A DNA stretch of 22,413 nt from Trueperaceae bacterium (GCA_040905465.1 JBBDRK010000051.1:3919-26331), one strand, 5' to 3'; shown: positions 6,567 to 16,328, counted from the stretch's first letter. Translations and numbers: made by a program. The notes: a model not told the origin generated them from the letters alone.

Positions 6567-7527
6567 AACGGGGGGCACGACGACAAGCGATCTGATAACT
6601 CTGGCGCTGGGGACGCTTCTGCTCTATCTGGGCGGCGAGGCGCTGGTGAGGAGCGCCATTCGGCTCTCTTCCCAGTGGGGAGTAAAGCCGATGGTCATCG
6701 GCCTGACGATCGTGGCTTTCGGAACGTCGGCGCCCGAGCTGTTCGCTTCTCTCCTGGCCGCCCTGCGCGGAACGACCGATCTCACCATCGGCAACGTCAT
6801 CGGCTCGAACACCGCCAATATCGGCTTGATCCTGGGCGTTACGGCGCTTATCTCGCCGATCCGAACCCACGCCATGTTCATCAGGCGTGAGGTGCCGTTC
6901 ATGCTCGGCGTGGCCGTCGTCCTGTTGGCGTTGGTTCTGACAGGCAACATCGGGCGGCTGGCCGGGGCGTCACTCCTTGGCCTGACGGCCCTTTACCTCG
7001 TGGTCCTGTTGCACGGAGGCGAGGCCCCCGATGTAGAGCAGGAGTTCAACCGGGAGTACGGCGAGGAGCGACGCGCTCCGTCGCTGCTGCCCTGGCTCGG
7101 CCTGGGTGCGGGTCTGCTGTTGTTGAGCGGCGGCGCCCACCTTCTGGTAAACGGCGCTTCCGGCATCGCCCGGTCGCTCGGGATCGCCGAGCTGACCATC
7201 GGGCTGACGATGGTGGCCGTCGGCACCAGCCTCCCGGAACTGTTCACATCGGTCGTGGCCGCGCTGCGCCAGGAGCCCGACATCGCCCTGGGAAACGTCG
7301 TCGGTTCCAATATCCTCAACGTGCTCTTCGTGCTGGGAGCCAGTGCACTGGCGCGGCCGCTACCGATAGCCGCGGGCAGCGGCGTGATCTGGGACGTGGC
7401 GGTGATGCTCGGCTTCAGCTTGCTGCTTATTCCGTTCCTGCTCACTGGACTGCGTCTCGCAAGGCGCGAGGCCGCTCTCCTGCTGGCCGCGTACGCAGGC
7501 TATGTCGTCTACCTCTTCGCGACATGA
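6514..7527 (+). CDS. Calcium/sodium antiporter (CaCA superfamily, YrbG-like)
   Basis: Two alpha-repeats, GTSAPE...GNVIGSNTAN and GTSLPE...GNVVGSNILN; about 10 TM segments; GGAGG before ATG 6514. Exact start uncertain. Confidence 0.92.
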   Translation: MCGGTLSGVPPPVSTARPTGGTTTSDLITLALGTLLLYLGGEALVRSAIRLSSQWGVKPMVIGLTIVAFGTSAPELFASLLAALRGTTDLTIGNVIGSNTANIGLILGVTALISPIRTHAMFIRREVPFMLGVAVVLLALVLTGNIGRLAGASLLGLTALYLVVLLHGGEAPDVEQEFNREYGEERRAPSLLPWLGLGAGLLLLSGGAHLLVNGASGIARSLGIAELTIGLTMVAVGTSLPELFTSVVAALRQEPDIALGNVVGSNILNVLFVLGASALARPLPIAAGSGVIWDVAVMLGFSLLLIPFLLTGLRLARREAALLLAAYAGYVVYLFAT

Positions 7528-7621
7528 CCGCTCGAGATCCTACGGCCGCTCCGCCTCCGCGCGACACTCCCCTATCGCGACTGTGTCGGCATCGGAACGT
7601 AATGGAGCGGGCGCAAGGCTG

Positions 7622-7630
7622 TGATACATT
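7622..7630 (+). promoter_or_regulatory. Putative extended -10 (TGaTACATT) for the oxidase operon
   Basis: TGnTANNNT match about 75 nt upstream of the coxB start; AGGAGG RBS before GTG 7706. Confidence 0.4.
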
Positions 7631-7705
7631 GGTTCGGTGTTTGTCGATCACTCGGACGTCGAGTAATCGACTCCGGTTTCATCCCAACCGTCCTAGGAGG
7701 AACAA

Positions 7706-8836
7706 GTGCCGGTAGTTCGTTGGTTCCGTCGGGTTGCGCCGCCGCTCGGCCTGACGTTGATGTTGGGCGGATGCGTCACCGATGGGCCTCGCTCCATGAT
7801 GCATCCCGCGGGCGAGGTAGCTCGTCAGCAGATGGACCTGTTCATGTGGACCTTCTGGCTCAGCATCGCCGTTCTGATACTGGTCGTCGGAGTGCTGACT
7901 TTCGCGATCATACGATTTCGCAGGCAGTACACCGGGGACAAGGACGCGATTCCGAACCAGGTTCACGGCAGCGTCCCTCTGGAAATAACCTGGACGATCA
8001 TCCCCGTGATAATCGTGATCCTGGTAGCCGTGCCGACAGTGCGGGCGATATTCGCGACCGAGGTGCGGGTGACGGCCGAAGAGGGCGATACGATCGTCAA
8101 CGTCACCGGATATCAGTGGTGGTGGCGCTTCGAATACCCGGAGCTGGGAATAGTCACGGCCAACGAGTTGCACATGCCGGTGGGAAGCCGACTGATACTC
8201 GACCTGGACTCGGCCGACGTGCTGCACTCGTTCTGGGTGCCGAAGTTGGCCGGTAAGCGTGACATGATCCCGAACCAGGAGAACCAGCTGTGGCTGTCGG
8301 CCGATGAGCCGGGGGTTTACTACGGCCACTGCGCCGAACTGTGCCTGGGCGCCCATGCCTACATGCGATTCCGCGTGATCGTTGACACTCAGGAGGATTA
8401 CGACGCCTGGGTCGCCGCTTTCCAGAACGCGGGCCAGCAGGCCGAAACGCCTGCGCAACCGGTTCAGGACGCTCAACTGATCGATCAAGGACGCGCCTTG
8501 TTCGCGCAGAAGGGCTGCATCGGCTGCCATACGGTAGAGGGCTTCGCCAGCTTCCCGACCGGCAACCCCGATTACCCGAACCTGACCAACTTTGGCCTGC
8601 GCAGGACGGTAGGCGCCGCGGTCCTGGAAAACAACCGCGAAAATCTTGCCCGCTGGATTCGGAATCCGCAGGCGGTAAAACCGGGCAACTACATGCCTAC
8701 GCTATGGCGAGCCGATGATCCCGCCGCCGAGGAGGAGTCCAGTGCGATCGCTGCCTACCTCCTCAGCCTCGGCAGCGAGGGTCAGGAGCCGCGTACGCAG
8801 GCCGACGCCCGAGGAGGATCCGATGGCGATAGGTAG
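7706..8836 (+). CDS. coxB: Cytochrome c oxidase subunit II with fused C-terminal cytochrome c (caa3 type)
   Basis: Lipobox-like LGGC; LEITWTIIP; GYQWWWRFEY; CuA ligands DVLHSFWVP and CAELCLGAHAYM; heme c motif CIGCH with KPGNYMP. Confidence 0.96.
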   Translation: MPVVRWFRRVAPPLGLTLMLGGCVTDGPRSMMHPAGEVARQQMDLFMWTFWLSIAVLILVVGVLTFAIIRFRRQYTGDKDAIPNQVHGSVPLEITWTIIPVIIVILVAVPTVRAIFATEVRVTAEEGDTIVNVTGYQWWWRFEYPELGIVTANELHMPVGSRLILDLDSADVLHSFWVPKLAGKRDMIPNQENQLWLSADEPGVYYGHCAELCLGAHAYMRFRVIVDTQEDYDAWVAAFQNAGQQAETPAQPVQDAQLIDQGRALFAQKGCIGCHTVEGFASFPTGNPDYPNLTNFGLRRTVGAAVLENNRENLARWIRNPQAVKPGNYMPTLWRADDPAAEEESSAIAAYLLSLGSEGQEPRTQADARGGSDGDR

Positions 8837-10739
8837 GCAACCCGCCGCAACGGGTGATTCAGGTGTTCTTTCTCGTCCGACCTGGACGACCGGTTGGGCG
8901 AGCTGGCTGACGACCGTCGACCACAAGCGGCTGGGGTTGCTCTACCTGGTCAGCAGCTTCATCTTCCTGGGATTCGGCAGCATCGAGGCCTTCCTCATCC
9001 GGCTCCAACTGGCGCGACCGGAACAGCAACTGATCTCCCCGGACGTCTTCAACCAGATGTTCACGATGCACGGGGTGACCATGGTGTTCCTGGCGATCAT
9101 GCCGATGGGCATCGGATTCGCCAACTACTTCGTGCCGCTGATGATCGGCGCTCGCGACCTGGCGTTCCCCAGGCTCAACGCCTTCGGCTACTGGGTCTAT
9201 GCGCTTGCCGGGCTCTTCCTCTACACCAGCTTCTTCCTCGGCGGAGCGCCCGACGTGGGCTGGTTCGCCTACGCTCCGCTCACCTCGCTGTCGAACAACC
9301 CCGGCAACGGAGTCGACTTCTACATGATCGCGCTGCTGGTGAGCGGTGTCGGCACGCTGGTAACGGCCATGAACCTGATCGTCACCGTCATCAACCTGCG
9401 CGCTCCGGGGATGACCTTCATGCGCGTCCCGCTGTTCGTGTGGATGATGCTGGTGACCTCGTTCCTGATCATCTTCGCGTTCCCGCCGCTTACCATCGCG
9501 CTGTTCCAGGTGATCATGGACCGCACCTTCGGCACCCTCTTCTACGTGCCCGAAGCCGGCGCGTTGCCGATCCTCTGGCAGCACCTGTTCTGGATCTTCG
9601 GCCACCCGGAGGTCTACATCATCATCCTGCCTGCGTTCGGCGTGATCTCCGAGGTCATCCCCACCTTCAGCCGCAAGCCGCTCTTCGGTTATCCGATCAT
9701 GGTTCTCTCGGGCATCTTCATCGGCTTCATGGGTTTCGCGGTGTGGAGCCACCACATGTTCACCACCGGACTCGGCCCTGTCGCCAATACGGCGTTCGCG
9801 CTGACTTCGTTCGTCATCGGCATTCCTACCGGCATCAAGGTCTTCAACTGGATCGCCACCATGTGGGGCGGACACGTGCGCTTCGCGGTGCCGATGCTGT
9901 ACGCCACGGCCTTCCTGATCACGTTCACGCTCGGCGGCATAACCGGAATAATGCTGGCCGTGCCGCCGTTCGACGCTCAGGTGCAGGACAGCTACTTCGT
10001 GGTCGCCCACTTCCACTTCGTGATGGGCGGCGGCGCCCTGCTGTCGTTCCTGGCGGCCCTGTACTACTGGTTCCCGAAGATGACCGGCCGCATGATTCCC
10101 GAGGGTCTGGGGCGCATCGCCTTCTGGCTGGTCGTACCCGGCTTCTACCTGATCTTCTGGCCACAACACTTCGCCGGGATGGTAGGCATGCCCCGGCGGG
10201 TTCAGACCTACGAGGCCAACATCGGACTCGACGCCTACAACATGATGTCGACGGCCGGGACCTTCGTCTTCGGCGCCGGCATGTTGCTGGTGCTGTTCAG
10301 CGCCATATGGGCGATTCGCAACGGCAAGATCGCCGGCGACGATCCCTGGGACGGCCGGACACTGGAGTGGGCGACCACCTCTCCCCCGCCCCACTACGAC
10401 TTCGATGTTGTGCCTGAAGTAAATGACCGGGATCCGGTCTGGCTGCAGAAGCATCCCGAACTGCTCGAGCGCCGCGATGCGATTTCCGAAGCGGCCGACC
10501 CCGAGCACATGCCTCCGGAACACGTGGAGCAGGAGTCCATCCATATCCCCGGGCAGTCGTGGTACCCGTTCATCGCAGCCCTCGGCACGTTCGTCGGCTC
10601 CTATGCGCTGCTCTACCACAACCTGTTCCTGGGCCTGTTCGCCTCGCTTATCATCTTCATCTCCTGCTACGCCTGGGCGTTCGAGGGCGTCGGGGGTCAT
10701 CACGAGCACGTAACGCCGACCGTTGGAGGTCGATCATGA
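8823..10739 (+). CDS. coxA: Cytochrome c oxidase subunit I (A1-type heme-copper oxidase)
   Basis: TVDHKRLG, FTMHGVTM, DLAFPRLN, WIFGHPEVY, WSHHMF, PTGIKVFNW, VAHFHFV, GMPRR. Start set to ATG 8823 after GGAGG. Confidence 0.97.
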   Translation: MAIGRQPAATGDSGVLSRPTWTTGWASWLTTVDHKRLGLLYLVSSFIFLGFGSIEAFLIRLQLARPEQQLISPDVFNQMFTMHGVTMVFLAIMPMGIGFANYFVPLMIGARDLAFPRLNAFGYWVYALAGLFLYTSFFLGGAPDVGWFAYAPLTSLSNNPGNGVDFYMIALLVSGVGTLVTAMNLIVTVINLRAPGMTFMRVPLFVWMMLVTSFLIIFAFPPLTIALFQVIMDRTFGTLFYVPEAGALPILWQHLFWIFGHPEVYIIILPAFGVISEVIPTFSRKPLFGYPIMVLSGIFIGFMGFAVWSHHMFTTGLGPVANTAFALTSFVIGIPTGIKVFNWIATMWGGHVRFAVPMLYATAFLITFTLGGITGIMLAVPPFDAQVQDSYFVVAHFHFVMGGGALLSFLAALYYWFPKMTGRMIPEGLGRIAFWLVVPGFYLIFWPQHFAGMVGMPRRVQTYEANIGLDAYNMMSTAGTFVFGAGMLLVLFSAIWAIRNGKIAGDDPWDGRTLEWATTSPPPHYDFDVVPEVNDRDPVWLQKHPELLERRDAISEAADPEHMPPEHVEQESIHIPGQSWYPFIAALGTFVGSYALLYHNLFLGLFASLIIFISCYAWAFEGVGGHHEHVTPTVGGRS

Positions 10740-11338
10740 GCCACACCGTGGTCGCTCCCACGCACGAGGAGTACCGCTCCACCAAGCTTCCCGACATCAA
10801 GCTGATGATGTGGATCTTCCTGGCGTCCGACTGCATGTTCTTCGGGTCGCTGATCGGCACCTACCTGGTCTACAAGGATAAGAGCCTGGTTGGTCCGTAT
10901 CCGATCGACATCCTCAACATCCCCCTGACCACCGTAAGCACCTTCGTCCTGCTGATGAGCTCGTTCCTGATGGTGCTGGCGCTGCACTCGCTGCGCAGCA
11001 ACGACATCCCCAAGTTCCGCCTGTGGACCTTCGGGGTGTGCTTCTTCGGAGCGATCTTCCTCGGTTTCCAGGTCTTCGAGTTCAGTCACTTCGTCCACGA
11101 AGGGCTGACGTTGAGCCAGAACCTCTTCGGAACTACGTTCTTCGTGCTTACCGGGACGCACGGAGTCCACGTGACCATCGGGGTGCTGATGCTGCTGTCG
11201 CTGCTGATCGCTTCGTACGTCCGCCCGGTGGCCGCCAAGGACGCCGTTTACCTGGAGGTGACCGGTCTCTACTGGCACTTCGTGGACATCGTCTGGATCG
11301 TGATCTTCACGGTCATCTACCTCGTAGAGTTCGTCTAG
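10736..11338 (+). CDS. coxC: Cytochrome c oxidase subunit III (short form)
   Basis: MWIFLASDCMFF, TFVLLMSS, FFVLTGTHGVHV, GLYWHFVDIVW. ATG 10736 after GGAGG, with ATGA overlap with coxA. Confidence 0.95.
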   Translation: MSHTVVAPTHEEYRSTKLPDIKLMMWIFLASDCMFFGSLIGTYLVYKDKSLVGPYPIDILNIPLTTVSTFVLLMSSFLMVLALHSLRSNDIPKFRLWTFGVCFFGAIFLGFQVFEFSHFVHEGLTLSQNLFGTTFFVLTGTHGVHVTIGVLMLLSLLIASYVRPVAAKDAVYLEVTGLYWHFVDIVWIVIFTVIYLVEFV

Positions 11339-11351
11339 GAGTAACGGGTCA

Positions 11352-12401
11352 ATGAGCCACAAGCACCACGGTAATCCGGTAGCGACCTACATCATCACGG
11401 CGCTGATCCTCGGGGTAATCACCTACCTGGAGTTCGCACTCGTGGAGTACGACGTCGCCTGGCTCTCGCGAGCCGCCACGATTTTCTGGCTGATCGCGCT
11501 GTCGGTCATCAAGTTCGTGATGGTGATAGCCATCTTCATGCACCTCAAGGACGACGAGAGAACCTACACCGGTTTCTTCGGCAGCGGCATGGTCATCGCC
11601 CTCGCCACCTTCCTGATTCTGCCCCTGCTGTTCACCGTCCGCGGCCTGGAGGGCCAGGCTTCGGCTGCCCCCGGCGGCGAGGCGCACGCCGAAGCGGACG
11701 CCGGCGACGCCGGCCACGCGGAGTCCGCGCTGAGCGCGGAGACCCGCGAATCGATCGAGAGCGACGGCTACAACCGGTCGCAGTCCGAGCAACTCGACAC
11801 GCCGCCGCCGATGCGGCGTTCGCTGCGCGTCGAACCGCCGGCCGCCCGCGAACCGGAAGCCGGCCTGCGCACGGGGGAGCCGGACGCACAGGCCGATGAG
11901 CCGGCCGCCGCTCCGGACGACGCCGCTCCGGCGCAAGCCGACGAGCCGCAGGCCGAGGCAGATGCGCAGCAGGCAGCGGAGGAGCCCGTTGCGGAACTCG
12001 AGTTCGACCGCGAGCTGGGCGAGCAGACTTACGTCTCGAGCTGCCAGGGTTGCCATCAGGCCGAAGGCCAGGGCATGGCGGGGGTATTCCCGCCTCTCGC
12101 CGGCAACATGCCTCGACTCCACAACGCCGAAGGCGGCCGTGAATACCTCATCGACGTGCTGCTGCACGGCCTGAGCGGCCAGATCGAGGTCAACGGCGAG
12201 ACCTACAACGGCAGCATGCCGCCGTGGACCAGCCTGTCCGACGAGCAGATCGCGGCGGTGCTCAATCACGAGCTGACCGCCTGGGGGAACGACGCCGAGC
12301 TGACCGACTTCACCCCAATCGCCGGGCAGGAGGTGGCCACGCGGCGAGGCGAAAGCCCGGGTGACCTGCTCGAGCGGCGGGCACAATTGCAAGCGCAATG
12401 A
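11352..12401 (+). CDS. Oxidase subunit IV-like 3-TM domain fused via an acidic linker to a c552-like cytochrome c
   Basis: N-terminal 3 TM segments with KFVMVIAIFMHLK (subunit IV motif); Ala/Glu/Pro/Asp-rich linker; CQGCH (12042-12056), FPPLAG, GGREYLIDVLLHGLSGQIEVNG, YNGSMP, LSDEQIAAVLNH. Confidence 0.88.
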   Translation: MSHKHHGNPVATYIITALILGVITYLEFALVEYDVAWLSRAATIFWLIALSVIKFVMVIAIFMHLKDDERTYTGFFGSGMVIALATFLILPLLFTVRGLEGQASAAPGGEAHAEADAGDAGHAESALSAETRESIESDGYNRSQSEQLDTPPPMRRSLRVEPPAAREPEAGLRTGEPDAQADEPAAAPDDAAPAQADEPQAEADAQQAAEEPVAELEFDRELGEQTYVSSCQGCHQAEGQGMAGVFPPLAGNMPRLHNAEGGREYLIDVLLHGLSGQIEVNGETYNGSMPPWTSLSDEQIAAVLNHELTAWGNDAELTDFTPIAGQEVATRRGESPGDLLERRAQLQAQ

Positions 12402-13036
12402 CCGCGGCAGACGCCGGCCCGATCCGGGCGATCGCCTTCGACTGGGGCGGCATCTTCACCGAGGGCACCTTCGACTCCGACGCGATCATCAACCTCGCCG
12501 CGCTTTGCGAGGTGAGCGAGGAGCGAATCGCCGAGCACTACTTTCCGCTGATGGCGGAACTCGAGACCGGCGCTTTCGATGTCGACGACTTCGTGGCCCG
12601 ATTCCAGACGGAATCGGGCATCTCGTTCGAACCGGAACGCTTTCGCTCGACCTTCCTCGCGTCCGGCCGCGAGAGGCCGGCCATGTACCGCCTGCTGGCG
12701 GCGATCCCGGCCGGTTACTCGGTGGCGGTGCTGTCGAACAACGTGCCTCTGCTGTGCGACCGGGTGCGAGACGACGAGCGCATGAAGCGAGTCGACACAT
12801 TCCTCTTCTCCAACGAACTGGGCGTGCGCAAGCCCGATCCTGCCGCTTACGCGGCCCTGGCGGAGGCGCTCGGTTTGCCACCCCGAGAGATCGTCTTCAT
12901 CGACGACAGCGCCGACAACATCCGGGCCTGTCGCGACCTGGGCTTCAACGGCATCCACCTGCGCGGCTTCAGCGCATTCCTGGCCGAGTTCGCTCAGGTC
13001 GCGCCCGACGTGCCGCTGGCCGACGTGCATGGCTGA
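12398..13036 (+). CDS. HAD-superfamily phosphatase (YihX-like)
   Basis: Motif I AFDWGG, motif II LSNN, motif III RKPDP, motif IV FIDD; ATGA overlap with the upstream gene. Confidence 0.88.
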   Translation: MTAADAGPIRAIAFDWGGIFTEGTFDSDAIINLAALCEVSEERIAEHYFPLMAELETGAFDVDDFVARFQTESGISFEPERFRSTFLASGRERPAMYRLLAAIPAGYSVAVLSNNVPLLCDRVRDDERMKRVDTFLFSNELGVRKPDPAAYAALAEALGLPPREIVFIDDSADNIRACRDLGFNGIHLRGFSAFLAEFAQVAPDVPLADVHG

Positions 13037-13370
13037 GAACGAGCGGGCGATCAAGCTCCTGCAAGGCTACCTCTGGCATCCGCGGGAGTTGGAACTCGAC
13101 CTGGCCGACTACCTGCCGAGCGAGCTGGCTGGGGGCGTGCACCTGCTGTGGGACCCGCTTCCGCAGGCACCATTCACCTTCTTCGACGACGGAACCCTCG
13201 CCGCCACCCAGCAGGTCTACCAGTTCACCGCCCTGAAGCTCGTGGAGGATGAAGAGGAGGACCCGTCGGGCATGGTTCCCTGGCTCGCCGAGACACTGCA
13301 GGAAAGGCTCGAGCGTACGCCCGAAGGGGTCGGCTGGCAGGTCTTCGAGGACTTGCGTGACGTCGGCTGA
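13029..13370 (+). CDS. DUF3208-like protein (Deinococcus-Thermus conserved hypothetical)
   Basis: LLQGYLWHP...LLWD...PFTFFDDGT...Q.VYQFT...TPEGVGWQVFEDLR pattern, recognised from memory of this family. Confidence 0.75.
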   Translation: MAENERAIKLLQGYLWHPRELELDLADYLPSELAGGVHLLWDPLPQAPFTFFDDGTLAATQQVYQFTALKLVEDEEEDPSGMVPWLAETLQERLERTPEGVGWQVFEDLRDVG

Positions 13371-13385
13371 GCCGGGAGCTCGCCG

Positions 13386-14690
13386 GTGACCGGGGAGTCG
13401 GCCAACACCGCCAGCACACCGGCGACGCAGCCGGACGGACCGATCCGGGCGACGGCACAAAGCTATGCCGTCTTCGTCGTTTTCGTCCTCGCCTACTTCT
13501 TCTCGTACTTCTACCGGTCCGCGAACGCCGTGATCGCCGAGGATCTCTCGCGAGACCTGGGACTGGGCCCGGCACAGCTCGGCCTGATGACCAGCCTCTT
13601 CTTCCTCGCCTTCGCGGCCGTCCAGGTGCCGCTGGGCGCGGCGCTCGACCGCTTCGGGGCGCGCTTCGTCACCTCGGGCCTCATGCTCTCTGGCGTCGTC
13701 GGTTCGCTGCTGTTCGCGGTCGCCGAGAGCTTTGCGCTCTTGGCGTTGGGCAGAGCGCTCATCGGGGCGGGTATGGCCGGCGTGCTGATGGGTTCGCTCA
13801 AGGCCTTCAGCGGCTGGTTTCCACCCCAGAAGTTCGCCACCGTTTCGGGCGTGTTCCTGGGCATCGGCTCGCTTGGCGCACTGGCCGCGGCAACTCCGCT
13901 GGCCGCCCTGAACGCGGCGATCGGTTGGCGCGCCGTATTCGTCGGTGGCGCCTTCCTCGTGTTGGCAACGGCAGCCGGAATCGCCCTCTTCGGCCGGCAG
14001 GCGCCCATCGCGAAACGCGCCGCTCCCGTCGAACCCGGCGAGCGCGGCTCACCCTGGCAGGTATTCGGATCGCCGACCTTCTGGCGCATCGGCCTGCTCG
14101 GCTTCGCGGTAACCGGCAGCATGTTCGCGTTTCAGGGCCTGTGGGCGGGACCGTATCTGATAGAGCGGATCGGACTCACGCCCATAGCAACCGGAAACCT
14201 GCTGCTCCTGCTGGGTATCGGGGTGAGTGGCGGCTACATGGTGGTGGGCTGGGTCGCCGACAGGCTGGGGCTGGCGCGCGTCACGGCAGGCGGCGCCGTC
14301 GGCATGCTGGTAGTCCAACTGGTCCTGGCCTTCTTCCCGGCGGGCTCGGCGCCGGACGGCCTGCTCGCCACCTTGTTCCTGCTGTTCGGCCTCTTCGGTT
14401 CATTCAGCGTGCTGTACTTCGCGCACGTTCGCCTGGTGTTCCCGCTGCACATGACCGGCCGGGCGATAACGGCAGTCAATCTGCTGGGAATCGGCGGCAG
14501 TGCCCTGCTGCAGTGGTGGCTCGGAGTGGTCATCGGCCTGTTCACGCGTACCGAGACAGGCGCCTACCCACCGCACGCCTACACCGCGATCTTCCTGGTG
14601 ACCGCTACCCTGGTGGCCGCTGCCCTGATTATCTACTGGCCGCTGCTTCGCGACGACGGCCGGGCGGCGGAAGCTCGAACCCGACCATAG
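13386..14690 (+). CDS. MFS transporter
   Basis: About 12 TM segments; motif A-like GAALDRFGAR and GWVADRLG; GRALIG; WFPP. Substrate unknown. Confidence 0.92.
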   Translation: MTGESANTASTPATQPDGPIRATAQSYAVFVVFVLAYFFSYFYRSANAVIAEDLSRDLGLGPAQLGLMTSLFFLAFAAVQVPLGAALDRFGARFVTSGLMLSGVVGSLLFAVAESFALLALGRALIGAGMAGVLMGSLKAFSGWFPPQKFATVSGVFLGIGSLGALAAATPLAALNAAIGWRAVFVGGAFLVLATAAGIALFGRQAPIAKRAAPVEPGERGSPWQVFGSPTFWRIGLLGFAVTGSMFAFQGLWAGPYLIERIGLTPIATGNLLLLLGIGVSGGYMVVGWVADRLGLARVTAGGAVGMLVVQLVLAFFPAGSAPDGLLATLFLLFGLFGSFSVLYFAHVRLVFPLHMTGRAITAVNLLGIGGSALLQWWLGVVIGLFTRTETGAYPPHAYTAIFLVTATLVAAALIIYWPLLRDDGRAAEARTRP

Positions 14691-14712
14691 CCGGCGGCCC
14701 GGGCGGCGCGGG

Positions 14713-16278
14713 CTAGAGCGGGATGTTGCCGTGCTTCTTGAACGGCCGCTCGATCTTCTTCTCCTGCAACATCCGCAGATGACGCACCAATTGCCGGCGG
14801 GTGTGCTTGGGATCGATGACGTCGTCGATATAGCCCCGCCCGGCGGCCCAATAGGGGTTGTCGAACTTGCCACGGTATTCGGCGATCCGCTCGCTGCGAG
14901 CTGCCGAAGAGTCCTTCGCCGCCTTGATCTCGCGCCGGTAGATGATGCTGGCCGCACCCTCGGCGCCCATCACCGCCACCGCCGAAGTCGGCCAGGCCAG
15001 GACCACGTCCGCCCCCATGTCGCGTGAGTTCATCGCCAGGTAAGCCCCACCGTAGCTCTTGCGGGTGATGAGGGTGATCTTGGGAACAGTCGCCTCGGCG
15101 TAGGCGTAGAGCATCTTGGCGCCGTGACGGATGATGCCGGCGTGCTCCTGCGCCACCCCGGGGAGGAATCCGGTTACGTCGACCAGCGTGAGGATCGGGA
15201 CGTTGAAGCAGTCGCAGGTGCGGATAAAACGAGCCGCCTTGTCGGAAGCGTCGATCGTGAGGGTGCCGGCGAGATGACGCGGGTTGTTGGCGACGATGCC
15301 GATCGAGTCTCCGCCCAGCCGGGCGAAACCCACGACCAGGTTACGGGCGAAATCCGGCTGCACTTCCATGAATCCTTGGTCGTCCACCAGTGCGCGGATC
15401 ACGTCGTGCATCGGGTAGGGCCGCCGCTGATCGGGATGAACCACTTCGAGCAGTTCGGGCGTCTCGCGCTCGATCGGATCATTGGACTCAAGGCGTGGCG
15501 GCTTCTCGCGGGCAGACTGTGGCAGGAACGCCAGCAGCTCGCGAATCATCTGCAGCACCTCGGCGTCGTTCTCCCCTTCGAAGTGCGCCACACCCGACTT
15601 GCGGCTGTGCACGTCCGCTCCGCCCAACTGCTCGAAGGTGACCTCCTCCTTGGTCACCTCTCGAATCACCTCCGGGCCGGTGATGAACATGTACGACGAA
15701 CCTCTCGCCATCAACACGAAGTCGGTGAGCGCCGGGCTGTAGACGGCGCCGCCGGCACAGGGCCCGAGGATCGCAGATACCTGCGGCACAACTCCGGAGT
15801 AGACGGCGTTGCGGTAGAAGACCTCGCCGTAGCCCGAGAGCGAGTCGACGCCTTCGTGGATCCGCGCTCCCGCGGAGTCGTTGAGGCCGACGATCGGCGC
15901 ACCCGTGTGGGCCGCCAGATCCATTACCTTGGCGATCTTCTGGGCGTGCATCTTGCCAAGCGACCCGCCCAGCACGGTGAAGTCCTGGGAGAAGATGAAA
16001 ACTGTGCGGCCGTCGATCTCGCCGTAGCCGGTCACCACGCCCTCACCCGGGGCGTCGATTCCCTGCATCATCTCGCCGCCGATGTGGCGGACGAACACGC
16101 CGAGCTCGACGAAGGTGCCCTCGTCGACCAACGCCTCGATCCGCTCGCGGGCGGTCATCTTGCCGGCCTCGTGCTGCCTGGCAACGCGCTCCGGGCCGCC
16201 ACCACGCTCCACTCGCTTGCGGCGCTCTTCCATCTCGGCCGTGAGCTCGTTCATCCACGCCAGCGTGTCGTCAGCCAC
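14713..16278 (-). CDS. pccB: Acyl-CoA (propionyl-CoA-like) carboxylase carboxyltransferase beta subunit
   Basis: GKMTARERI, QDFTVLGGSLG, DSAGARIHEG, GPCAGGAVYSPALTDF, DVTGFLPG, RKSYGGAY, AVMGAEGA, KKHGNIPL. Start set to GTG 16278 after GAGGT (the track gives 16314). Confidence 0.93.
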   Translation of the reverse strand: MADDTLAWMNELTAEMEERRKRVERGGGPERVARQHEAGKMTARERIEALVDEGTFVELGVFVRHIGGEMMQGIDAPGEGVVTGYGEIDGRTVFIFSQDFTVLGGSLGKMHAQKIAKVMDLAAHTGAPIVGLNDSAGARIHEGVDSLSGYGEVFYRNAVYSGVVPQVSAILGPCAGGAVYSPALTDFVLMARGSSYMFITGPEVIREVTKEEVTFEQLGGADVHSRKSGVAHFEGENDAEVLQMIRELLAFLPQSAREKPPRLESNDPIERETPELLEVVHPDQRRPYPMHDVIRALVDDQGFMEVQPDFARNLVVGFARLGGDSIGIVANNPRHLAGTLTIDASDKAARFIRTCDCFNVPILTLVDVTGFLPGVAQEHAGIIRHGAKMLYAYAEATVPKITLITRKSYGGAYLAMNSRDMGADVVLAWPTSAVAVMGAEGAASIIYRREIKAAKDSSAARSERIAEYRGKFDNPYWAAGRGYIDDVIDPKHTRRQLVRHLRMLQEKKIERPFKKHGNIPL

Positions 16279-16328
16279 CGGATTCCACCTCTCGAAGCCA
16301 GAATACCGTGCCACCGGGCACCGGCGGC

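Noticed and set aside
5260-6570. Searched for a yybP-ykoY Mn riboswitch, NiCo, M-box or hammerhead core (CTGAACA...GAAA at ~6472-6487)
   Set aside because: The conserved signatures were not found, and the hammerhead core does not match CUGANGA.
8859-12398. Long antisense and alternate-frame ORFs over the oxidase genes (8859-10709, 8894-10417, 10700-11362, 11349-12398)
   Set aside because: Shadow ORFs expected from high-GC codon bias; no motifs, and they overlap clearly conserved genes.
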